Sequence record: NC_019521.1
DNA: 64,000 bases
Reading direction: 5' to 3' (one strand)
Positions 25,772-35,353 of this stretch are shown in pieces; within the stretch, counting starts at the first letter, position 1; every line of letters starts with the position of its first letter. A model generated the notes under the pieces. That model saw nothing but the letters and a program-made list of their open reading frames with translations. It ran no database searches and was not told the origin of the DNA. Made by a program: the position numbers and the translations under genes.

Positions 25772-27781
25772 ATGAAAACTCAGAAACTATTAATATCGTT
25801 AGTTCTATTTATTACGACATTAACGACATTCGCTCAAAACGATTTGAAAGTTCGTACAAGATCAGCAGATGGATATCTTCAAACTGATTACTTTCTAAAC
25901 GTTCCAAAAAGATTAACAATTCCTTCAGGTCCTACTGAAACATTAAATTCGAGTTTAATCGATACTACTAAACAAGCTTCATTATTCTTCAACACTACAA
26001 CTAAGAAACTTAGAGCATTCGATCCAGTTGGAATGTCATGGGCTGATGTTGTAGCTGGAGGAAGTGACAGTCCTATTAAACTTAACAATAGCACTATTTA
26101 CGATTCTAGAACTTCTAATTACTCAAACAATAACAGTATTTTTCTAGGTGATATGGCTGGAAGAAATGCCACTAATGCTAACAATTCGATAATACTTGGT
26201 TATTATTCTGGTAATAATGCAACTAATTCTAGAAATTCTGTATTTATTGGTAACAGTACAGGTAATGGTGCTACAGCCGCAAACGAATCTGTATTTCTAG
26301 GTAGCTACGCAGGTGATGGTGCTACAGGTGCACATAGCTCAATAATGTTAGGAGAAAATGCAGGTTATAATGCAACAGGTGCTAGTATGTCTATTCTTTT
26401 AGGGAAACAGGCAGGTAAAGGTTTTACTGATAATGGTAATGTAAATACTATAGGAACTAATAATATCATCATTGGTAGAAATATATCATTACCAAACGCA
26501 TTCACGAATGGTATAAATATCGGTGGTATTCTTTTTGGTACTGGAACTAATGCTATTACAGGACTTAATCCAGTAATAACCCCAGTAATTGGTGGTAAAA
26601 TTGGTATAGGTGTTATACCAACAACTAGTACTTTTGAAGTTGCTGGAACTGGTTCGTTTACTGGAACTGTTAAAGGTTCTAACGCAATAAATGCTAACGA
26701 ATTCGCAACAAAAGGTCAAATGGACGCTCAATCAGTTATAGAAGGTGTTGACGTCAGTGGTAGATTAGCTTATAGATTGAGAGGTATTGGAGCGTTAGCT
26801 GGTGGTGCTGGATCAATAAATCTTTCATCTGCTCCAGTTAGTCAAGCTGTTGGTGAAAATTCAGTAATCATAGGTGTTGGTGCTGCTGATGCAACATCGT
26901 CAATAAAAGCCAATGGGAACAATTCCGTTATCATTGGAGGTAATGCAGGACAGGGTGGTACATTAAGTACAACAGGTAACGGTATTTTATTAGGAGGTAA
27001 TGTATATGCAGGTGGAAAAATATCATCAAATGGTACGACTATAAAATTAGATGCAGCTAATAGTAATGTAACAAACAATGGTACTATCATAGCATCAAGT
27101 ATATCACAGGGTACGCATACATTTGAGTCAGCTACATCGATTTTTTCATCATATTTAACGTCACCTTCGTTCGAATTTAATCTTAGACCTAATATACTTT
27201 TGGGTGTTAGATTTGATAGAGGTGCTATTAAACTAGGTAAAGGTACAAACGAAGACAGTGAATCAAATGCTACTATGATAGGTGGGTATTATCATGCTAG
27301 TATCTCAGACATGTCAACCAATATAACATCAAATGGTAGAGGTAATGTCATCATTGGAGGTTTTGAACAAACATCATCTACTAACAAAACTATTAATAAA
27401 TTTGCATACGGTAATGGTTCAGTTTTACTTGGTGGTACTGGATTACAATCTAATACACATGCGGCTGTTACTATGGGTGTATATAACGATCCAATAATAA
27501 CAACTAAACGAAACAGTTATGTTGCTACTGATCCTATTTTCATAATAGGTAATGGTACAAGTGATGTAGCACGTAGTAATTCGTACGTGATGCATGGTAA
27601 CGGTAATTCTTTACAGATTGGAACAGCTACAGCTAAACAATTTAACGTATCTAATCTTAATGAAGCACCAACCTCAGCTACAGACACAGGTACGATAGGT
27701 GAGATAAGAATAACAGCTGATTACATTTACATATGCGTTGGTGCTAACGAATGGAAACGTACAGCATTATCAACTTGGTAA
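25772..27781 (+). CDS. Fibre/adhesin-like protein with YadA-head-like repeats and a Sec signal peptide
   Basis: MKTQKLLISLVLFITTLTTFA|Q. About 14-aa repeats S(I/V)(F/M)LGxxAGxxA. Gly/Asn-rich body. C-terminal GEIRITADYIYICVGANEWKRTALSTW. Confidence 0.7.
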   Translation: MKTQKLLISLVLFITTLTTFAQNDLKVRTRSADGYLQTDYFLNVPKRLTIPSGPTETLNSSLIDTTKQASLFFNTTTKKLRAFDPVGMSWADVVAGGSDSPIKLNNSTIYDSRTSNYSNNNSIFLGDMAGRNATNANNSIILGYYSGNNATNSRNSVFIGNSTGNGATAANESVFLGSYAGDGATGAHSSIMLGENAGYNATGASMSILLGKQAGKGFTDNGNVNTIGTNNIIIGRNISLPNAFTNGINIGGILFGTGTNAITGLNPVITPVIGGKIGIGVIPTTSTFEVAGTGSFTGTVKGSNAINANEFATKGQMDAQSVIEGVDVSGRLAYRLRGIGALAGGAGSINLSSAPVSQAVGENSVIIGVGAADATSSIKANGNNSVIIGGNAGQGGTLSTTGNGILLGGNVYAGGKISSNGTTIKLDAANSNVTNNGTIIASSISQGTHTFESATSIFSSYLTSPSFEFNLRPNILLGVRFDRGAIKLGKGTNEDSESNATMIGGYYHASISDMSTNITSNGRGNVIIGGFEQTSSTNKTINKFAYGNGSVLLGGTGLQSNTHAAVTMGVYNDPIITTKRNSYVATDPIFIIGNGTSDVARSNSYVMHGNGNSLQIGTATAKQFNVSNLNEAPTSATDTGTIGEIRITADYIYICVGANEWKRTALSTW

Positions 27782-27784
27782 AAA

Positions 27785-27792
27785 TATACATA
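27785..27792 (+). promoter_or_regulatory. Putative late promoter TATACATA
   Basis: Intergenic, before ORF 27815. Confidence 0.6.
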
Positions 27793-27814
27793 TATCAATT
27801 AAACAAAATAGACC

Positions 27815-28339
27815 ATGAAAAGTTTTATAGTTAAGCATTTAGTTTTCGATTGGAAATTCAAAACTAATGTATTCTTCATTTTTGCAAATATTTTCATATT
27901 TGCTGTTCCACATGCTTATATTACGTCATTACGTGTTGGAAACATATTCGCATGTTCTGTAGCATTACTGTATTTGATAGCAATGATTCTAAAGAAACGT
28001 GAGAAAGCTGTAATAGTTTCTTCAGTACCTAGACCATATCTTATCATATTTGGAGGTCTGTCTATAGTAGCTGCGATTAGTATAGCTTTAGATTTACCGA
28101 CAATACCAAGTTTTATAGCAGCGTTCTTAGTATCATGGGTTATCTATTTACTTCCTTTGATTTATCAAAAGATTTTTGGTAGATTCACTTGGAATGATTT
28201 AGATGACTCTCAAAAATGGCAATTAGGTTTAGCTGAAGGTGGTGGTTACATAACTCCTGGAAAGGAAATTATGACGGAAGAAAACTGGAAAGAATGGAGG
28301 GATTTAGATCATAAATTTAAACTAGAATTATTCGGATAA
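27815..28339 (+). CDS. Membrane protein (about 4 TM helices)
   Basis: Four hydrophobic segments in the first 120 aa. Confidence 0.75.
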   Translation: MKSFIVKHLVFDWKFKTNVFFIFANIFIFAVPHAYITSLRVGNIFACSVALLYLIAMILKKREKAVIVSSVPRPYLIIFGGLSIVAAISIALDLPTIPSFIAAFLVSWVIYLLPLIYQKIFGRFTWNDLDDSQKWQLGLAEGGGYITPGKEIMTEENWKEWRDLDHKFKLELFG

Positions 28340-28340
28340 A

Positions 28341-29084
28341 ATGTCTCATCAAACATACGGAATTGTAGCAGATATCTCTGACCCTATGAAGAAATCTAGG
28401 GTCAGAGTTCGTGTGTTTACTAGAACAGATGACGAGAGTAAAATCTCAACAGACCTGTTACCTTGGTACACACTTCATGGTAACACGAATTTACATTCAT
28501 TACCAGCATTGAACGAAATCGTTAAAGTACATTTATACGATGACGATATTCATGTTGGTGAATACGAAAGAATAAAATCAACTTATCTAGCTTTATCTGA
28601 TGAAGATTACAAATCTGGTAGAATTCTATTGTCAGAAAATCTTGACAACTTCGAAGATTCTGGCATAGTAGAAGTATCATATCGTAAAGAAACTGGATTA
28701 GAACTACAACTTCGTGAATCTAAAGTAACAATTAGAAAGGACGGATCGATTTCGTTATACAATAAAGAATATGACAAGTACATACATCTTTCTAACGAAT
28801 CGATTTCATTAGGATCGGATCAAAAATCTGCAGAACCTGGAACTCTTGGTCAGACTAACGTTGATATGCTAAATCAATTAAATGATACTATCAATACGTT
28901 AAGAGATGACTTATCAAGCTTTCTTAAGGATCAAGCTAAATTAGCTTTATCGAATCCTAGAACCGCACATTTAGCAAAGGGTTACATAAAATGTGATGCT
29001 ACGATAACTAAACTTACATCAACTTTCAAAAAGAATAGTAGCGATTTCGAAAAGACTAAATCTAAAATAGTAACATTGGATTAA
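28341..29084 (+). CDS. Baseplate hub/spike protein, gp5/VgrG-like OB-fold N-terminus
   Basis: YGIVADISDPMKKSRVRVRV...LPW...LPALNEIVKV pattern of the Gp5 OB domain. Confidence 0.75.
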   Translation: MSHQTYGIVADISDPMKKSRVRVRVFTRTDDESKISTDLLPWYTLHGNTNLHSLPALNEIVKVHLYDDDIHVGEYERIKSTYLALSDEDYKSGRILLSENLDNFEDSGIVEVSYRKETGLELQLRESKVTIRKDGSISLYNKEYDKYIHLSNESISLGSDQKSAEPGTLGQTNVDMLNQLNDTINTLRDDLSSFLKDQAKLALSNPRTAHLAKGYIKCDATITKLTSTFKKNSSDFEKTKSKIVTLD

Positions 29085-29087
29085 AAT

Positions 29088-29095
29088 AATACATA
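29088..29095 (+). promoter_or_regulatory. Putative late promoter AATACATA
   Basis: 4 nt before ATG 29100. Confidence 0.55.
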
Positions 29096-29099
29096 TATC

Positions 29100-30065
29100 A
29101 TGAACACAAATTATTCATTACCTACAGTTCCAGAAGTTAAATCTAATGTTACATATACATTATCTGAATCAGCTTCAAAGGGTTCTAATTTTGTATTACT
29201 AGATCGTAAACTTGACGAACGATTTGAAATCGTTAGTGTTCAAGGTAACGTTCATATGATCGTAAGCTCCGTTAAAAGGGAAAACGGTAAAGTATATAAC
29301 GAAATATATCCAGCTTTATTATCTAACGTATCTTCAGGTTATGAAATTTCATGTTTATTATATAATCGAAACAATAACAATCTGATACTATCTTCTGAGA
29401 ATAATTATGATCTGATTTCAAGATTCATGATTTTAGCTGAAGAACTTAAATCTCTGTTCAAACAGTTATCTTCAGTTACTCTTAAATTACCTGATGATGC
29501 TTATAAGATAGCAGTTCGTAACGGTTTTACAGGAACTGAACAACAATGGTTATCTTCGTTAAAAGGTAAGGATGGTATATCTCTTGATCCAGCTTTATAT
29601 GTTACTTCTATTATCTTTAATCAAACAGTTAACGATCTTAATGCTAGAATAGATGCTATCGAAATTCCAAGTATATCAATGACATTGAACACTTGGGATA
29701 ATCAAAGATCATATTCTGAAAACGAATTCTGTTCTAAAATATTAACTAACGGATTTGAATTAATGTTCAAATCTAAAACTGATGATAATTTAGATAATGA
29801 TCCTATTTCAGATTCAACTAATTGGGAATGTATAAACAATTCTAAAAAGGTAATATTTGATGCTGACAATACTAAAGATGAAACTGAAATAATCGTAGAT
29901 TCTGAACTAAGATTATTATTCGGTAACTATCCTACTGTTAATACTTACGAAGATGGTATCGAACAAATGTCATGTATCGTAAGACGTGAAGTTGACGTTA
30001 ACGATGATTTAGTTAAACTTATCATAGTAACAAACAAATTAAATTACAAAATCATATTATCGTAA
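29100..30065 (+). CDS. Putative tail-associated structural protein
   Basis: Contains AYKIAVRNGFTGTEQQWLSSLKGKDG, a motif common in phage tail proteins. Confidence 0.6.
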   Translation: MNTNYSLPTVPEVKSNVTYTLSESASKGSNFVLLDRKLDERFEIVSVQGNVHMIVSSVKRENGKVYNEIYPALLSNVSSGYEISCLLYNRNNNNLILSSENNYDLISRFMILAEELKSLFKQLSSVTLKLPDDAYKIAVRNGFTGTEQQWLSSLKGKDGISLDPALYVTSIIFNQTVNDLNARIDAIEIPSISMTLNTWDNQRSYSENEFCSKILTNGFELMFKSKTDDNLDNDPISDSTNWECINNSKKVIFDADNTKDETEIIVDSELRLLFGNYPTVNTYEDGIEQMSCIVRREVDVNDDLVKLIIVTNKLNYKIILS

Positions 30066-30820
30066 TGGATTTATTAGTAATAAGAGATTTAGCTACAGAT
30101 AACGAAACATTAGGTAAACTATATATCGATGGTAAGTTTTTCTGTTATACATTGGAAGACGTTTCAAGACCTGTAAAATTGTACGGTGATACTTGTATTC
30201 CTTATGACGATAACTATAAAGTTAAGACTACTAATTCACCTAGATTCGGTAGACCTTTACCTTTAGTTTGGAATAACTCTAAAGACGAATCCGTAACTAA
30301 TAGAAATGGTGACAGATGGTCGGGTATTCGTTTCCATGGTGGTAATCATCATATGCATACTTTAGGATGTTTATTAGTAGCTAAGAATAGATACGATAAT
30401 AAACCTACGAAATTCGATTACAAAGGAAAGACTTATACTTTCGATAATTGGATTCAAGGTAGTATGATTGATCCGTTAGTTGCAAAACTTGGAAAGAATA
30501 CTTCGAATATGAAGATAGTTTTATCAGATAGTTTCAAAGATTTAAGAACTATCAATACTGATAAAATCAATTTCAGTTTTAAAGTAAACGAATTAGATAA
30601 TTCAGATACTTTAAAAATTAAGAACGCTTTGATTAAACATGGATATCCAATTGAAGATAGTAAGTTCGATTGGGTTATGCAAGAATACGTATACATGTTT
30701 CAGAAAGCTAATGGAATAAATCCAAACGGTATCGTTAACAAAGAAACTATGACAGCTTTAGGTCTGTTATGGGATGATTACGAATTAGTTGAACCAATCG
30801 ATCATTTAAAAATCAAATAA
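30065..30820 (+). CDS. DUF5675-family putative peptidoglycan enzyme with C-terminal PG-binding domain
   Basis: TLGKLYIDGKFFCYTLED, CIP, GIRFHGGN...TLGCLLV. C-terminal FQKANGINPNGIVNKETMTAL. Confidence 0.8.
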   Translation: MDLLVIRDLATDNETLGKLYIDGKFFCYTLEDVSRPVKLYGDTCIPYDDNYKVKTTNSPRFGRPLPLVWNNSKDESVTNRNGDRWSGIRFHGGNHHMHTLGCLLVAKNRYDNKPTKFDYKGKTYTFDNWIQGSMIDPLVAKLGKNTSNMKIVLSDSFKDLRTINTDKINFSFKVNELDNSDTLKIKNALIKHGYPIEDSKFDWVMQEYVYMFQKANGINPNGIVNKETMTALGLLWDDYELVEPIDHLKIK

Positions 30821-31104
30821 TGTCACTATCTAGTAAAGTAACAGCTTTAGGAAAGGATATAGAAAAAGCTAGTAAAGAAGCTATGAAATCAGCAATGAAA
30901 TCAGCTGACAAAATTTCAGTGGTTGAAGCTAATACTTCTGATGATATATCTGAAACTTATTCTGAAAGATTCGCTTCGGAATTTGGAAAATCGTTTGGTC
31001 CTAAATTAGCTGAATTGATAAAGGACTATGTTCAGGATGCTGAAGTAAAACACGTACTAACTGCACCTAACGGTCCAGTTAAAGGAGAAATAAAATTGCT
31101 ATAA
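30820..31104 (+). CDS. Small protein, probably baseplate-associated
   Basis: 94 aa ending LIKDYVQDAEV...APNGPVKG, located in the structural block. Confidence 0.55.
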   Translation: MSLSSKVTALGKDIEKASKEAMKSAMKSADKISVVEANTSDDISETYSERFASEFGKSFGPKLAELIKDYVQDAEVKHVLTAPNGPVKGEIKLL

Positions 31105-31106
31105 AA

Positions 31107-31931
31107 ATGACAGAACCTCAAAATCCAGATTTCGGTGGTATACAGCTAACAGAAGCTGATTACTCTTTCATGACTTTCATACAATCTGAGATTTCAGAAG
31201 ACGGTCAAATACCTTTCGAATATCCATTAGAATCTATGCCAAAAGTCATAAAGAAATGTGCATTGTTTTTCTATACAGAATACGATTTAGCTGTTCAAGA
31301 AGAATGGCTAATGATAAAGTATTCTGATATTCGTGACACTAATCAAAATCAATCTATAAGATTACCTGATGATATTCAAAACGTTTACGAATTGAAGGTT
31401 ATCAATCAAAATAGTTGTATGGCTTGTGGTAACATGGCTAAGTTCGCACCTTGGGGTATGTTATCGTATATGTCAGGACCTATGAACGGTTCATATTCTT
31501 CTATAAGTAGACAACGTTCAACTATGTTCAATAACTTATATGACAGAGAAATGGGATTTCAGGAAGGTCTTATAAGAATGTTTGAAGTTCAGCAATATGA
31601 ATCTCTGTTTACAAAAGGAGTAAGATTTAATTACAATCAGAACACGCATAAACTATTGATACAAGGTGCTTATAACGGTGATTTAGTTCTTTCAGTATTT
31701 AAACGAATTCCTCCGGAAGATTTGTATAACGATAGATTGTTCATCGAATATGTTACAGCAGCATGTCTAATGCGTGTTAAACGTATCATAAATTCTTTCG
31801 ATTTCCAATATCCTGGAAATGTTAAACTGAATGTCGATGAAATCACAGCTGACGCTAAAGAACGTTTCGATAAAGTTGAAGATTATATCAAGGAAACTAG
31901 TAACGGTTCCGATTTGATACTAATGAGTTAA
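31107..31931 (+). CDS. Neck protein, T4 gp13-like
   Basis: 274 aa. FNYNQNTHKLLI, LYNDRLFIEYVTA, PGNVKLNVDEI...AKE pattern of the gp13 family. Confidence 0.7.
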   Translation: MTEPQNPDFGGIQLTEADYSFMTFIQSEISEDGQIPFEYPLESMPKVIKKCALFFYTEYDLAVQEEWLMIKYSDIRDTNQNQSIRLPDDIQNVYELKVINQNSCMACGNMAKFAPWGMLSYMSGPMNGSYSSISRQRSTMFNNLYDREMGFQEGLIRMFEVQQYESLFTKGVRFNYNQNTHKLLIQGAYNGDLVLSVFKRIPPEDLYNDRLFIEYVTAACLMRVKRIINSFDFQYPGNVKLNVDEITADAKERFDKVEDYIKETSNGSDLILMS

Positions 31932-31952
31932 AAGTTACATGATCATTAATAC

Positions 31953-31986
31953 GAAACCTGTTAGAGAAATCTAACAGGTTTCTTTG
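31953..31986 (+). terminator. Intrinsic terminator, GAAA tetraloop
   Basis: GAAACCTGTTAGA-GAAA-TCTAACAGGTTTC plus TTT. Confidence 0.8.
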
Positions 31987-31989
31987 TTT

Positions 31990-31997
31990 TATACATA
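31990..31997 (+). promoter_or_regulatory. Putative late promoter TATACATA
   Basis: Directly after the terminator, before ORF 32033. Confidence 0.65.
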
Positions 31998-32032
31998 AAC
32001 TATAACGCATAAAAGAATAGATATTTGAACTT

Positions 32033-35000
32033 ATGGCTAACAATCAAACTAGGGCTGAAAACTCACTATCTGAACAACTTAGACAATTGAATCTTAATTC
32101 AAACAATATCGTTGATATTATGAATGCTATTCAAGAAGCTATAACTTCTGATAAAGTTTCTGTACCTTTTACAATTAAACATCCTGATGGAACTGAAACA
32201 ACTATTCAGTTACCTACGAATACTTCATTGTATAACGAATTAAAAATAGTCTTATCGAATCAAAAGCAAATACTTGGTCTTAATGAATCTGGTCAAAAAG
32301 CTGTAGTATTTCAAGATGGGGTAAGACGTAGTATTGTTCTTTCGTCATATGATAGAATGTTACAGAATTGGCAAAACATAACAAGACTTGAAGACGTTAA
32401 GTTATTGAACAAGTCTATTGTTATGAACTTTATGAATCCAGTTTCTTCAGTAGCTTTCGATTTACCTTCAAACATTCTATCGACAAATCAAGTATTCGTA
32501 AAGAAAATAACTGTATCTAAAGAATTCATAACGAATAATACTAACGAATTCGAATATTACGATTTAATACAAGCACTTAGAAATAGTGATACAGTTTTCA
32601 AAGAATATGAAGACGTATATGACACTGAACCTAGAGTTCAAAGATTTTATGGTAATTTCGATGTTCTTAAGATTACACCTTTGGATAATGGTACAAGTAA
32701 TGTCGAACTAGAATCATTGAATTACTCTGATACAGAATCTATATCAAATACTAGAGAATTAGATGCTGGGGATTATCTAACTAACGCTGAAGGTACTAGT
32801 AAGTATCTTGTAACTTCAGTAAATAAAACTACAAAAGTTGCAAATGTTAAACGTGTTGGTGGTTTTGACGCTATATCGGTTGGTGTAAAACAATTGAATC
32901 TTACTGTAGATATCGAAAACGAGCAAAGACGTTTACATGTTCCAATCAATGGTAATTCATATCAATATGTTTTCTTAGCACCTGTTAATGTCGATACTAG
33001 TGTAAGAACTGAATTATCTAAATCGTATAGAATAGATTCAGACGAATTGGTAGTTATCGAAGATTCTGCTAGATTACCATTCAATGCTTATTTCAATCAG
33101 AAGGTTCAAAATATAGGTTCGTATCTTTCTTCATTAATTGAAGAATCTACAATTCCGTTAAGCTTAGGTATTAAACCAGATCGACCACAAGTTGATTCAT
33201 CCTTCTTCCAAGTTGTTCAAGTTAACGAACATTTAATGGATAATACTGACATTAAGAAGATTAATCAGATGCTTACTGAAAAATCTAAAGTATATGCGCA
33301 AATCGTAGCTTTAGAAAATTCGATAAGGGATATTTCTAGTCGTATTAATGCTGGAAAGTATAAGTCAGCTAAAGAACGTAGTCAGGATAGAAACGAACTT
33401 CAAAAATTATCCGGTGAACGTAATGATCGTTCAAAATACTACGATTCTTTGATTAGTGATATAGCTTCGAAAACTCAAAATGAGGATTTGACTACATTAA
33501 AACCTAAATACAGAATTCGTGGTTTCTGGCCAGTACAAGAACCAATATTCTCAGAGAATTCAAGACCTCAGAATATCATTTCGTATTTAGTTCAGTATCG
33601 ATACTTATCTCCTACGAAAGCTAATACAAGTTCACAAAGATTAACATATACTGATCAAGGTAAAGAATTAGTTGGTTCGTTTACAGATTGGAACATTTAT
33701 CCATCCGTAACTTTGAAAAAGGTTAAGAATATCGATGGTTCTTATGTATGGGACGCTATTGTAACAGAAGATTCTGATAAGACAAACATAAATCAGTTAG
33801 ATATTCCTATTAGAGCAGGTGAGAAGGTTCAGATAAGAATAAAAGCTATTTCAGAAGCTGGTTATCCAGTTTCAGGATTGGAATCTGATTGGTCTGAAAT
33901 AATTACTGTTGACTTTCCAAACGATTTACTAAATACCACTGATGTAATCGATCAAGTAAAATCAAATTTCGAAGACTTAAAACAAGTACAGATAAACGAA
34001 TTGTTTAGATCAAAAGGAATCGATGAACATTTAGCAACTTCATTCGTTGAACGTGATAAGTATTTCGCTCATAGTTCTCAACAGATAGCATCAGGTTTCT
34101 TAACTAACGAACAAACAACGATTTCATTGTTTGATTATCTTACAAAACAAGCTAACGATCTTACAAGACTTGAAGAATTGTTATCTAAACGTATGGCTAA
34201 TCTTTCTATTGATATAGTTGACGGTGATACTCAACAGTCTTACTCAGTTCAAAAGAATGCTACTATAAATCTTTTTGGTGGATATTACACTGAGAAAGTT
34301 GATTTATCAGAAGCTTCTAATTTCGGTGATATCGTTAGGAAACTTTTCTATATTCGTATAACAAACAAATCTGCTATTACAGCTGAGTTACTTTCTACAA
34401 GTCCTGGAGTATTATCTAACGATACTACAAATAACAATTACAATGTTATAGGAGTTGCTATAAGTGAGGACACAGTTCGTCAGAAAAATGGTCAAGTGTT
34501 ATACTTACGTAAGAATGATATATCAAGTTCGATTCCTTTGTATTCTGATGATTTCAGTTTGATTCCAACAACTATTCCATTAGCTGATATCGTAGCTGGT
34601 GCTGTCGTAACTGAACATAACGCTGTACATATAAATAATTCAGGAGACGTTGAATCGGTACAAGTAAAAGCTGATTCGGTAGATTTAAACTGGGTTGCGT
34701 TAAGTATCAATCATCCTTTCGTTATCGAATGGAAAGCTAATCCAAATACAACTACAATAGACAGAATCAAAACTGAATTACAAAGAGTTTCTAGATACAA
34801 TCAAGTTCATAAAGCTCCAGTTATTCAAAATGCTTATAATGCTTCAATGACAGCACCTTATAACGTAAATGATAAACATATTGTTGGTTATTTTACAACG
34901 GGTTCGAAATTCTTTATGTCTTCGAATACGTTTTCATCTATTCAGGTAGCTTCATCAGATGCTGGTGCTGTAAGAGAATTACATCCAGGTGATTCTAATG

Positions 35001-35269
35001 CTTTGTTAATTCCTATTGTAATGCAATATCGAATGACTGATGCTTTAGGTAGACCTAATGGTGTTTCGACAAACTCATTAAACGATACCTTCGATTACAA
35101 TAAACTTATAGGTATCGATATGATTATTAACAATGAACCTTTTAGATTTGACTTAAATGTTCAAGCTAAATTTAGAAGTACAACGTTATCAAATCATGAC
35201 ATATCAATCGATAAAGTGAATCTTGTTAACCAATTCCAAACTGGTAACACTTCACCACAAATATCATAA
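32033..35269 (+). CDS. Large putative virion (baseplate/tail) protein
   Basis: 1078 aa in the late block with a central coiled coil (about aa 410-480). No family recognised. Confidence 0.6.
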   Translation: MANNQTRAENSLSEQLRQLNLNSNNIVDIMNAIQEAITSDKVSVPFTIKHPDGTETTIQLPTNTSLYNELKIVLSNQKQILGLNESGQKAVVFQDGVRRSIVLSSYDRMLQNWQNITRLEDVKLLNKSIVMNFMNPVSSVAFDLPSNILSTNQVFVKKITVSKEFITNNTNEFEYYDLIQALRNSDTVFKEYEDVYDTEPRVQRFYGNFDVLKITPLDNGTSNVELESLNYSDTESISNTRELDAGDYLTNAEGTSKYLVTSVNKTTKVANVKRVGGFDAISVGVKQLNLTVDIENEQRRLHVPINGNSYQYVFLAPVNVDTSVRTELSKSYRIDSDELVVIEDSARLPFNAYFNQKVQNIGSYLSSLIEESTIPLSLGIKPDRPQVDSSFFQVVQVNEHLMDNTDIKKINQMLTEKSKVYAQIVALENSIRDISSRINAGKYKSAKERSQDRNELQKLSGERNDRSKYYDSLISDIASKTQNEDLTTLKPKYRIRGFWPVQEPIFSENSRPQNIISYLVQYRYLSPTKANTSSQRLTYTDQGKELVGSFTDWNIYPSVTLKKVKNIDGSYVWDAIVTEDSDKTNINQLDIPIRAGEKVQIRIKAISEAGYPVSGLESDWSEIITVDFPNDLLNTTDVIDQVKSNFEDLKQVQINELFRSKGIDEHLATSFVERDKYFAHSSQQIASGFLTNEQTTISLFDYLTKQANDLTRLEELLSKRMANLSIDIVDGDTQQSYSVQKNATINLFGGYYTEKVDLSEASNFGDIVRKLFYIRITNKSAITAELLSTSPGVLSNDTTNNNYNVIGVAISEDTVRQKNGQVLYLRKNDISSSIPLYSDDFSLIPTTIPLADIVAGAVVTEHNAVHINNSGDVESVQVKADSVDLNWVALSINHPFVIEWKANPNTTTIDRIKTELQRVSRYNQVHKAPVIQNAYNASMTAPYNVNDKHIVGYFTTGSKFFMSSNTFSSIQVASSDAGAVRELHPGDSNALLIPIVMQYRMTDALGRPNGVSTNSLNDTFDYNKLIGIDMIINNEPFRFDLNVQAKFRSTTLSNHDISIDKVNLVNQFQTGNTSPQIS

Positions 35270-35293
35270 GACTTTTCTTTATGCGTAGAACTT

Positions 35294-35322
35294 GGTCGAT
35301 ATCGAAAGATATCGACCTTTCT
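35294..35322 (+). terminator. Intrinsic terminator, GAAA tetraloop
   Basis: GGTCGATATC-GAAA-GATATCGACC plus TTTCTT. Confidence 0.8.
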
Positions 35323-35328
35323 TGTTTT

Positions 35329-35336
35329 TATACATA
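35329..35336 (+). promoter_or_regulatory. Putative late promoter TATACATA
   Basis: Directly after the terminator, before ORF 35354. Confidence 0.65.
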
Positions 35337-35353
35337 TTTCATAAGACTTTACT

